Source: Halocafeteria seosinensis
Lineage: Eukaryota
Reading direction: 5' to 3'
Length of the DNA: 26,046 nt
NCBI GenBank assembly: GCA_001687465.1
Contig: LVLI01000249.1
Location: 124,001 to 150,046 of the forward strand
Both the position numbers and the translations under genes were made by a program. Positions 1-9,916 of the stretch are shown here, in pieces (position 1 is the stretch's first letter; the number at the start of each line of letters is the position of its first letter). The notes under the pieces were generated by a model that did not search any database, had not been told where the DNA came from, and saw nothing but the letters and a program-made list of their open reading frames with translations.

Positions 1-1
1 T

Positions 2-1783
2 GCCTTCCGGACTGGGAAGTCATTTCTATTGGACATTTTGCTACGATATCTCAAGTATTTCGATAGTCCCAAGCATCAGGACGAAGCGTACGAACGTCGT
101 CCAAAGTGCGATGGCAAGTCGTCGTGGCTCTGGGGTGCTGATGGAGATGGGGAAGACACCGACAAGGAGAAACTGGAAGGTCTGACGGGACCTGATGGGC
201 AAACTGATCCTCATGGGTTTTCATGGAGATCTGGACGACAGCGGTGCACTACGGTATGTAGTATATTTGTGTCGTGTTATTCAAACAGGTTTCTGGGATC
301 TATCCTGATTGTATTTATGTGTTTAAAACAGGGAATTTGGATGTGGAGCAAGCCATTCGTTAGACGTCTTCCGGACGAAAATGGAACACCAGGTGAAGGT
401 GAAGAAGTTGCTGTTATTCTGGTCGATACCCAGGGGATTTTCGATAGCGAGACGACGCAAATGCTGACTGCGTCCATCTTTGGTCTTTCAACGCTCATTA
501 GCAGCAATCAAGTGTATAATGTTACCAATCGGATCCAAGAAGACAATCTCCAGCACTTGGCGCTGTTCTCCGAATATGGCCGCGTTGCGTTGAAGCGCAA
601 CCCGCAGAACCAAGCCCACGAGGAAGATACTGAACACAAGGATGAACACAAAGCCAGGCCCTCGTTTAAGCCGTTTCAGACTCTTGAATTTCTGGTGAGA
701 GATGCTGTCGTGAACGAATCCAATGTGGAGCGTGTGGATTTCAACGAACAAGAGAAAACGAACCAGGAATATCTTGAAGAGATCTTGTCAAAAACGGAGC
801 ATAAGGACCTTAGAGATGTACGTGAACATATTCAGAATTCTTTTGATAGTATCACATGCTATCAAATTCCTCATCCCGGGTTGGAGCTGGTGGAGAATGC
901 CTACGATGGCAACGTCTCTGTAATTCGACAGTTATTTAGGGCGTATGTTGAGCGGTACGCTCACCGTTTGTTTAATCAAGAATTGGTGGCCAAAAGGGTC
1001 CATGGACGATGTATAGTCGCTGGAGAGCTGTATCGATTTCTCAAAGTATTCTGCAAAGTTTTTCAGGAAAAAAATGGGCTTCCACAAGCCCAGGTGCTCC
1101 TTGCTGCTACGTCAGAAGCGAATAGCCGGAATGCTGTAGAGCGAGGAGTGCGCTTGTATGAGAAGCATATGCGCGGATTGTTTGAATCCTTTAACAACAA
1201 GTACATTCCTCGAAAGAAACTCAACCAGAAACATGACGAATCTCTCAAAGATGCATTAAGGCTGTTTGATGAAATTGCTGACTTCGGACTAGACAGTGCC
1301 GTTGATAACTATCGACGAGCCTTGAAAGAAAAACTTAGCGAGCGCATTGACGAGCTACATGAAATTAATGAAAGCCGTAACGTGTGGAAAAACTCGGAAT
1401 ATTATTTAATAGCTTTAGCACTGGCAGGCGTGGCCTGGATCATTCGTATGTTTCTTGATTTGTCGTGTACACCATGGAGCGACGTGTGTCGGCAAAGTTC
1501 AGATTTCCTGGGATTTATACTGGGGGCCGTATTTCTTACAATCGTCATCGTAATGGTCGTAACGGGACATAGCCTATACTTCAAGGTAAAAAACTACCTT
1601 TCATTCTTGGGTGACGCGATCGAAATGGGCCTGAAGCAAGGCGATGATACCGGGACATCTCCCTCAACCAGTGGGCGCTCAACTGAACCGGGATCAGACG
1701 AGACATCAACCAATGACTCCTTGGAATCGTCCCACGGAACAGCACAACTGCGCCGGCGGGCAAACAATCGCAGAAGAGAATAA
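2..1783 (+). CDS. ATL: Atlastin/GBP-family membrane-fusion GTPase, 5'-partial; exons <2..253 and 332..1783
   Basis: Frame 2 from nt 2 reads AFRTGKSFLLDI (atlastin P-loop). Removing intron 254..331 (GTATGT...AAACAG, 78 nt) restores RCTT|GIWMWS. Also present: LVDTQGIFD (G3), FLVRD, PHPG, a helical middle domain and two adjacent C-terminal TM helices. Confidence 0.92.
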   Translation, partial: AFRTGKSFLLDILLRYLKYFDSPKHQDEAYERRPKCDGKSSWLWGADGDGEDTDKEKLEGLTGPDGQTDPHGFSWRSGRQRCTTVCSIFVSCYSNRFLGSILIVFMCLKQGIWMWSKPFVRRLPDENGTPGEGEEVAVILVDTQGIFDSETTQMLTASIFGLSTLISSNQVYNVTNRIQEDNLQHLALFSEYGRVALKRNPQNQAHEEDTEHKDEHKARPSFKPFQTLEFLVRDAVVNESNVERVDFNEQEKTNQEYLEEILSKTEHKDLRDVREHIQNSFDSITCYQIPHPGLELVENAYDGNVSVIRQLFRAYVERYAHRLFNQELVAKRVHGRCIVAGELYRFLKVFCKVFQEKNGLPQAQVLLAATSEANSRNAVERGVRLYEKHMRGLFESFNNKYIPRKKLNQKHDESLKDALRLFDEIADFGLDSAVDNYRRALKEKLSERIDELHEINESRNVWKNSEYYLIALALAGVAWIIRMFLDLSCTPWSDVCRQSSDFLGFILGAVFLTIVIVMVVTGHSLYFKVKNYLSFLGDAIEMGLKQGDDTGTSPSTSGRSTEPGSDETSTNDSLESSHGTAQLRRRANNRRRE

Positions 1784-1809
1784 CCATATCGCATGAATAT
1801 CAATTGTAT

Positions 1810-3926
1810 TCAATCCTCCTCTCTTTGTTTTACTGGTGAAGCAATCAGCCCTGGTGGTCCACTATTTTCAACTTCAATCTCATTCCTATGGTTCTTCTCA
1901 AGGTTTGCATCTTCGCCTTCTTCATTATCCAAGGAGCGTAAAGCACTGTCGGATTCTCCATTATTTGAATAATGATTGTTAACATTGTTGTTACTTTTGT
2001 GTGTGTCCTCTGCCCTATCTTGTTCGTTTTCATTTGTCCCCTCCGGTTGTAACTCCTCGACAGTTGAATGCCTTTCACCTTCTTCCTGATGACCAGTCGA
2101 ATCGAGCTGATACTCTTCCCACAACTGCGATTGCTGTTTGCTCTGTTCGTCACCATTTTGCGTGGATGATTCCTCGACTTTGTTGTCAACAGTACCCTGT
2201 GACCCAGTGAGTTCCTCCACATCGTCACCATTTAATTCTTCAACAGGTTCCTGAGAGTACGGCCTATCGATGTTGTCGACGTGATTACCCTGCGCTTCGA
2301 CTATGTCCCTTTCTGTTTCCTCCTCGCCTCCTTGTTCTTCTCCCCCGTAAAGTTCCTCAACAGGTTCTTGCGAATAAGGTCGATCGATGTCGTTCCCCTC
2401 GTCGTCGTTACCGTGTGATCCAGCTTTGCCGTCCTCATTTTCCTCTTGCGACTCTTCTTCTTTAGCTGTGTTGGTTGAAAGGCATATCGCTTCAGAAACC
2501 GTGTTATAGGCATCAGAATTCATTCCTCTTGGCTGAATGCCAACTTCTCCGCTCCCCGTCTGTTCATCTGAGTGCTCTTCCTCATGTGCATGCACACCCG
2601 CGGTAGTTTCCTGTTGTTTCATTTCATTTTCGGTATCGGTTTCTTTCTCTTCTGATTCTTGGGTGTGTGTATGTTGCTGTTCTGCACGATGCTCATCATT
2701 CGTTTCCTGGACAGTTTGTTTACCTTGGTGCCCGCTGAGAACTCGAGCGGCGTCTTCTCCGGACTCGTACAGATTTGCGCATCGCTCGCAAACAGCTTGC
2801 CATCCCGCTGCTTGACATCTCCTGCTAGCAGGGTTCTCACAAGTCGGTACAGTACATGGAATGGAGTTCTGATCCTGAGTGGCTGACTGCTGCTTCTGTT
2901 CGTTTTCTCTTTTCTCCGCCAAACGGCGGGCAACCTCCGACTTCCGTTCTTTCTCCTTTTCCTGTAGGAAATTTAAATTAAAACGAGGTTATTTCTCCAG
3001 TTTTAACTCCTGTAATAGCTGCACTAACCATAAACGCTTCCGCATCACGTTGCATTCGGGTGTGTAAGTTGTCCAAGTTAGACTTGATGGCTTTGACCAA
3101 CCAATTCAGTCCATCGGACACACGAGAGTCCAACTCGTAACTGTTTTCAGCTGGACGAGCTATGCACTGAAATACATTATGTCTTGACAATGTAAGGCTC
3201 TGAAGCTGTAACTGGCTAATTAACTGGTCGTCCGGCACGGCTTCCGGTTTGTCCTGCTTATTCGCTAAGCTGAATAAAAGGACACGAAGAACCGAAAGCA
3301 TTTCATTTCCTTTTGTGGATTCAATGGTGGCTGTAATTGCAAAACGTACACTAGTATCGGTTTTCCCACTACCATGGGATGTTCCACTGTTTTCAACAAT
3401 TCATCCCGACTTTCCGCGAACCGGAATGGATCCGCCGCATCGACCACATAAATGACGCCATGAACCTGTAGTACATCCAAACCTATATAATTTATTAACT
3501 GATGCCGTACCACGAATAAACCCTCTCCGTACGACTCACCTCATGGAAGTACTTCGTCCAGACCCCTCGTATTCTGGCGCCCCCTCCCAGGTCATAGAAG
3601 CATAGCCGCTTGCCTTGTCGCTCGATGCGCACTGGCGCATTGAATCCGACCGTGGGGACCGTGTCGATTTCCGTATCTGCGTTTGTGTGATATTCGAGGA
3701 TTACCATGTAATGACATTAGCGCCCCGTAAATTCCAATCCTACTCAAATCCTACCTCCTTTGAGTGCATACGTCAAGGTCGTTTTCCCAGCATTGTCTAG
3801 CCCAATGACGAGGATTGTGAGCTCGTTCTTATTGAGTTTGGGCTTGTTTTTGGCCTTGGAACTCGTCGAGGGAGCATTCCCATGCTTGGTCGCAGCCGAA
3901 TCTCCTTTGGAGCATATTCCTCCCAT
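1810..3926 (-). CDS. ARL13: ARL13B-like ciliary Arf-like GTPase with long acidic tail; exons 3926..3755, 3676..3540, 3465..3350, 3269..3029, 2961..1810
   Basis: MGGICSK N-terminus; GLDNAGKTT; PTVGFN; YDLGGG (Gly at the catalytic Gln position, typical of ARL13); VHGVIYVVDAAD; KPILVLANKQD; charged coiled coil EKEKERKSEVARRLAEKRE. Four GT-AG introns (78, 74, 80, 67 nt) join these in frame. Confidence 0.88.
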
Positions 3927-4139
3927 TGTACAAGTCTATCCACGGCGTGTTTGCGCGTACCGAAAAGTTAAAACACACAGAACAATATCGGAAAGTGGCA
4001 GCCTAAATGGTCATTCAGTCATGGAGCACCAGCAAGTCAATGGTATGTGCCCCCAACTTCAACTAACGGCCTCAGCCCTAGTGTATTCAAAAGCCAAGCT
4101 CAGCCAACGGTGGCTACAATGCATGTACCATGTTCAGGT

Positions 4140-5402
4140 TCAATCATTAGAGTGAATGAAAACCAGTTGTATTCTGAGGATAGTGAGAAAGATAATGTGG
4201 ATCTCAGAACGTAAACTCTTGTTTGTATGCAACACGGATCTGGGATTCCCCATGATTCCAATCCAATTTGTCTTAAGCATTCTATTGAGTCTTCTAGAAT
4301 ACTGTTCCGTCGTCTTTGAGGCAGCTACTTTATCCCACAGGTATTGGACCCTTCCACTAATGGACTTCATCGTGTCCCTGCGATGGCCTCCACAACACAG
4401 GAAATGGGCATTCTTGAAGAAGCGTGCGAAAGCGTTAGCACCTCCTTTATCTCCGTCTGCAATGAAAATGGTCCCCGCGGAATCAATGTCAGGAAAGCTG
4501 TCTAAAACGAACTCAAAGAAATCCCCCAAGAATCACCAGACTCATTCAATAAGTGGAAACCAGCCGACATGCAGCATGCATTGGAATTGGCAGAGTAAGT
4601 CGTAAGTCCACATACTGAACATTATCCCCGGCCTTCCAATCATGTGGGCAGCGTCACAGATGTAGAGGGGAGGCCCCCTATCTGTGTGGGTGGTCCTCGG
4701 AGACCACCAGAAGGATTTTATGAACCGAGCATCATCGTCAACATGAGGAAGATCGACTGCGTTGGGGTCAAAAGCCGGCACTTTTCTTTGTTCTTCCTTG
4801 GGAAGGGATTTTAAGTAGTGCTTGTGCGCGGACTCCTCGACTCGGATCATTATCCGGCGCATCTCATCTGCACCACAGTATTCCACCTTTGCGTTATGTC
4901 CTTCCTCAGTAAGTAATTTTGCAAGCGTAGGTGCCATTTTTACAGTCTCTTCGTCACTTCCCTGTACTGGTGCAGTTGCGATGCTCCTAATTCTGCTTTC
5001 CTTTGAATCTGATAACCTCTTGTTCGGTGGAAGGTAGTCTCGTAAGGCGGACCGTATTTCGCCTGCTGTAAGGGATCGACGTTGGACGAAATCCAGGTTC
5101 CTACTCACGATCCGAGCTAGTTCTTCGGATGAGTAGGCAACCTTTGGAGAGATCAACGATGGGCCCTCGTTTGCAAGTTTTTGAGAGAGGTTTACCTCCG
5201 TAATTTTCCATGGCTTGTCCCTACTGCCGCTTGGGCTGAATGACGCACGCACCAGGAAATCAGGAGTATCTGCGTTCGCTCTTGAGGGATCACTCCAACT
5301 AAGACTTATTTTCGTCGCGTCTGTCCATTGTTTGGTTTCGTGTGTATTGTATCCGGCATCTACGCTATGCGGGATGTTTACGGATTTCTGGACTAACAGC
5401 AC
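4140..5402 (-). mobile_element. Degenerate Mutator-like (MULE) DNA transposase
   Basis: YICDAAHM (first catalytic Asp); IADGDKGGANAFARFFKNAHFLCCGGH (second Asp plus CxxH); an upstream FLVRAS...WKITEVNL segment resembling the FAR1/WRKY-type DNA-binding domain. Frame disrupted near 4525-4560; no TIRs found. Confidence 0.72.
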
Positions 5403-5591
5403 TAGGTGCCGCTAGCAAGGCGTACCGCCTATGATGGGCCACGGTACGCTGATGAGTACAGCAGACTGACTTGCCTTCAAATATCCATGAAGGGGCGGGG
5501 AATCTAAGGAGGCTGTATAACTAGCGCATAGTATTACTACACGCCTTGGAGACTAAAACTTCCACGGAGAAGCGTTGATCGCACAGTTAAT

Positions 5592-7544
5592 CTACTCCTC
5601 TGGTAAGTTTCGTGTTATCCATGTTATGGTTCTTCGTTGATTAGGTGCAATAGCACGACGGTTTTGCGCTAAGATTTCCTTGTATACTTTCTTCTGGGCG
5701 GGACTAAGTTCAATAAAGGGCTTAACAATTTGTGGCCAGTTCTGGAACTCGCGATAATGTTGTCTGTCCCATAAGACAGAAGGTTCAACTCCGTTCTCTT
5801 TACACCAAGTACTATATCTTTTGCGAAAATGTTCCTCAATTCGTTGTGCTACACGGGAAAATTTTAGCAGGTGTTGCTGCATTATGTCACCTCGATGCAG
5901 CTTTCCCTGATACCAACGTATCAGATCTTCTTCCTTACGGTCAAGCCACCAGTGAATTGGATTCCATCTTCCCTCTTCCGAGGGAGGAATCCATATGTCT
6001 GCGTATTTAGTCGACCCATTAATCCCAGGTACGTTTTGGATGTATTTCGGAAAACTACTTCCATTGACCCAAATTCCAATATCGCTGGAGCCTCGGTCCA
6101 GACCTGACGAGCTTTGTACATAGCATGAGTTCCACAGTGCTCTTAGTCTCTCGAGTGGTATAGCTTTGGGTGTTTTCACATACGCTATAACTCCTTGATG
6201 GAGTGAGTCTTTATGCTTGCAAATTGTCCCAGTGATGACATCGATGTTCCACCAACACAAGGGGCTCGTAATTGCAAGGACAGGAGTCCAATGTATTGCT
6301 CCTATACCAAATTCGTTGTCGATATCTACTTTGGCTTTCGGTTTTAACCAGATCGATGGTCCGATATGTGTCGGTTCCAGTTCCTTAATCTCAATATTTC
6401 TGTCTTTCTCCACTAAGGTATTCAACAAACCATCCAGTATGTTGATATCCAAAGAGATGTCAAATTCGTCGAGGATTCCTTGCCATATTCGATACACTTC
6501 AGGGTTTGTTTTATACCATTGGTACAAATCTAACCTATACCGGGTTTTCGTCTCCGAACACAAATTGGTATCACCTGTTTTAGTATTCAAGACCATTCGT
6601 GGTATCACGCATTTTCGGCATCCTCGATGTTGCTCCAAGTAGTCATTGGATGAGTCAACTTCCGTAAGAAACGACTTATCGCATTTTTGCTTTTGCTTTT
6701 GAAGGTTCTTTAGGGCATCCTCGAGAGCATGTTGATCAGCTTCGTGTACATATTTGTTGACGATTCGCCTTATGTTGGGCATTTGGCATTCGAAGAATAA
6801 ATGCTTCCAGCCGGCCATGGAAGAAATGAAGCAACTAGGTTGGCGACAGGCGGGACAAGGTGGTTCAATTCCAAAGATATCCGGTCGGTCAACCAGTTTT
6901 TGAGCAGATATAGGTAGTAGCCCAGATTTGATCCTTAATGACATGACTGTTAAGGTGATCTCTTCTGGTGTATCGTCAATTGGCGAGCTCCCCTCACATA
7001 CCAGTGGATACATGTGGGCTTGTTGAGAATCCAATATGTCTTTGTTGGTCCATCCCTGCAAAAGAGCGGTAGCATCTGGCACGATAGGACGAGGAATCTC
7101 TATTCTACATGAGCGGTCAACTGGAACTTCAAATTCTCCACCATCTTGAATCGGTGCTATCTGTAGTTCATGATGCGGCAACAGAGGCAAACTCTCATAA
7201 AACCCGACAATTTTTGCTCGACGGCGGGCAGCCTCTGCGATTTCATATGCCCTTGCGTTTGCCAGGGATTGTATCGAAGACGATTGCTGATGCCCTTTAA
7301 TCCACGTAATCGTGTTCAATACATTGCGATCGTTCAGCTCATTGAGCAAGGCTCCCGCATGCGGGTCAAAGTTCACTAGTCGTTCGAAATTCCTTTGCCG
7401 TATCGCTTTGGCCACAGCTAAGTTGTCAATGAACAGATTGCAAGCTCTAAAATACTTTTTGTAAGCGATCCATGCTCCCAATGCGGCCCCGATTGTCACC
7501 GGTTTTGTAGTGCCTGGATGCTGTTTTGTTAGGTGAGTATCCAC
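5592..7544 (-). mobile_element. 5'-truncated non-LTR retrotransposon ORF2: RNase H C-terminal half, CCHC-type Zn finger, long unknown C-terminal region
   Basis: NLFIDNLAV...ITWIKGHQ...ANARAYEIAEAA matches RNase H (D, WxKGH, NxxADxLA). LRIKSGLLP...CPACR...KHLFFEC matches the post-RT zinc knuckle. Intronless 650-aa ORF with no RT motifs upstream. Confidence 0.72.
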
Positions 7545-7896
7545 GGGAGGTATTGAACATGCATACTGTCCAGTACATTGATAGACGTAACAATGGCTTG
7601 AAGAGGGTAAACCGGGCCTTTTTGGGGTGTGCAGCCTGCACGCAGGATACCTTGAAGTTACTCAAGGGACCTCGGGGCTAAGTTGTGGAGAGACATATAC
7701 TTATCCTATGTATGTAACGCAGACGCCTTATGTCCAACTCACGCTAGCGAGACTAGCTTCGTCTGATGCAGTGGAGTAGAAGTTGTACCCCAAATATCAA
7801 TAGAGGTTACGCAGATAGTATATAGTATCTTTTATTGGTACTTATTAGACAGTAGCACTAACATATCTGTATTATACTGTATATGCTCCCATCTCG

Positions 7897-7969
7897 TGTC
7901 CCAGCCAACTTTTGAAAGGCCGTCCCCGTCCCAGGGACATGTCCCTGTCCCACGCCTGGGATGGGACAG
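7897..7969. repeat. Cluster of GTCCC/GGGAC inverted repeats with a perfect 16-bp palindrome
   Basis: CAGGGACATGTCCCTG at 7932..7947 is self-complementary. CTGTCCCA (7945..7952) pairs with TGGGACAG (7962..7969). Further GTCCC copies lie upstream. Confidence 0.8.
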
Positions 7970-8297
7970 CACGCGGAGTTATCAGAGTTGATCCGGGGGT
8001 TCGGAAGACAAATCTGGCGATACATTTCCCAGAAACAGACAAGTTGCTACCGTCTTTTCTCTACAGATACATAGACTGTTAGAAGGGCTTTTCTAACTTG
8101 AAGCCACCGAACCGAGCCGGAACAGGTAAAGCATGCTGTGTTTGTACAGAGCAGGAACATAATCATCTTTTTGGTTGGTACATACAGGAAAAGGAAACGC
8201 ACAGTCAGACGAGTCTACACCTACCGAGGCACTACTATCGGAGAACGATTCATCAGGTGGAATTTCTTAGCATCTCAGATAGAAGAGCAAAAACGCT

Positions 8298-8815
8298 ATG
8301 GCGGCCGCACGGTGGCTTAATCCCTACCGAACTTCGCCTGTGACTGTTATGCCCAGGAGGTTTCCGTTCGCCATAAGCTTGCGTGAACGCGGGTCGAGCA
8401 AGCAAGGATCTTGTGAGCTACAGCCGTGTATTGAGAGACTGGTCGGAAAGCTGAAGCGGGCGGGACTGGAAGTACGAGAGTGTGACGCTGAGGATAAACA
8501 ACTGGTCGACTTCGTTGCGCGGAGAAAGGCTTTGATTATGTATTGCTTATAAAAGTAGGGCGTGGAGTGGAAACCAGGGACGAATCACCTCTGTTTGACA
8601 ATCCGGACCCGTACATCCCTTTCCAGTATTTGATGTGCAAGCATAAGGATATCATCCCTTCTAAACCTGAACACACAATTCGTACATACTGGAACATCCA
8701 CCGATCTGGCCATACTGTTCTCGAAGTCTTTGATCCGGATGCGGAGTTGGTATTTGAGAAAACGCAAGTGCTATTGGATATCTTAGGCTTTCCACCCGCT
8801 CGCTATGAAATGTAG
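8298..8815 (+). pseudogene. Possible frameshifted relic ORF of unknown family
   Basis: Two overlapping protein-like ORFs (8298..8552 and 8543..8815) in different frames, inside the TE-rich interval. No recognisable motif. Confidence 0.25.
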
Positions 8816-8990
8816 ATTGGATTCATAAGTTTTCTGACGCTACGATCCTTTGACATTGTCACTATTGGAGCTTGAACGCTTTCTTGAGAACGGACTAAAT
8901 TTGACTGCTACGCCGCGTCATCAGCACAATATATCAATACCTATGGTGCTTGGTCCCTTGACTTCAAGTTAAATCTGTTTTCATCTACAG

Positions 8991-9742
8991 TATACTTGGT
9001 ATATGCGGTAAAACGTGTTTTGGTGCTCTACTCTCTCCCTGAGAAGGAACGATGCTGCGCGGAACCTCTTACTGTCTTAGGTCGTTTTGGTTTAGAAGGC
9101 CATGCACACACGATTTCCATAGCTGATCTTTCTGGAGGTCAAAAATCTCGGGTTGTCTTTGCTAATTTGAACTTATTGCAACCTCACCTGCTCTTCTTAG
9201 ATGAACCTACTAACCACTTGGATATAGAATCCATTGATGCGCTGGCAGACGCCCTCACTCGATATAATGGAGGCGTTGTTCTTGTCAGCCATGATGCTAG
9301 ATTGATTCAAGCTGCGAATTGCATCCTCTGGGTTTGCGATAAGCAAACTGTTCTTGAATGGGATGGTGATTTTGACGACTACCGGGACTCCTTGATGAAG
9401 GACATTTTCGAGCAAGAAAAGCGCCTTGAATCGGAAGCGGAAAAGAGAGCTGAAGAACGAATGGAGCGAGCCAAACAGAGACATGCTAAAATCCAGGAAG
9501 CACGAAAGCAATCTGGAAAGGCATTGTTGAGTGATTTGAAACTACCTAGCGGGAGTATTGAGCGTTCGGAAGAGCGGCAGTCGTCCTCATCCAAGGGGGC
9601 ATTACATCACTCTGAGGCCGGTGCGGAGGATAATTCGAAAAAGAAGCAAGTCTTGAAAGACTTTTTCAAAGCACCGAAAAGTTCCAAAAAGAAGGAAAAG
9701 AAAGCATCGAAGAAGGGCAAGGAGGAAAAGAGCACTGAGTAA
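8991..9742 (+). CDS. ABCF-family ATPase, 3' part only (end of second NBD plus Lys-rich tail); probable micro-exon 8991..8998 and exon 9081..9742
   Basis: [15 protein letters not shown] (ABC signature), [19 protein letters not shown] (Walker B, ABCF-typical), VLVSHD (H-loop); no TM segments. Walker A and the first NBD are absent from the window. Confidence 0.85.
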
Positions 9743-9916
9743 TTAGGATGGCCACTATGTAGGTCATCGGTTGCGTAATCTTGATTTGCTGCTTTGCTGT
9801 GCCCGCTTAGGAACAAGCTCGAAACGATGCTATGGTCTGCTGATGTTTTTACTAGATAGTCTAACGAAGAAAACAAGAAGGATCCAATGCTCTTAGCTTT
9901 GCTATGAGAAAGCGAA

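Noticed and set aside
4530..4544. TGA read-through or alternative genetic code
   Set aside because: Better explained by compensating frameshifts; TGA acts as a normal stop in the ARL13, PI3K-like, AlkB and PHD-bromodomain genes.
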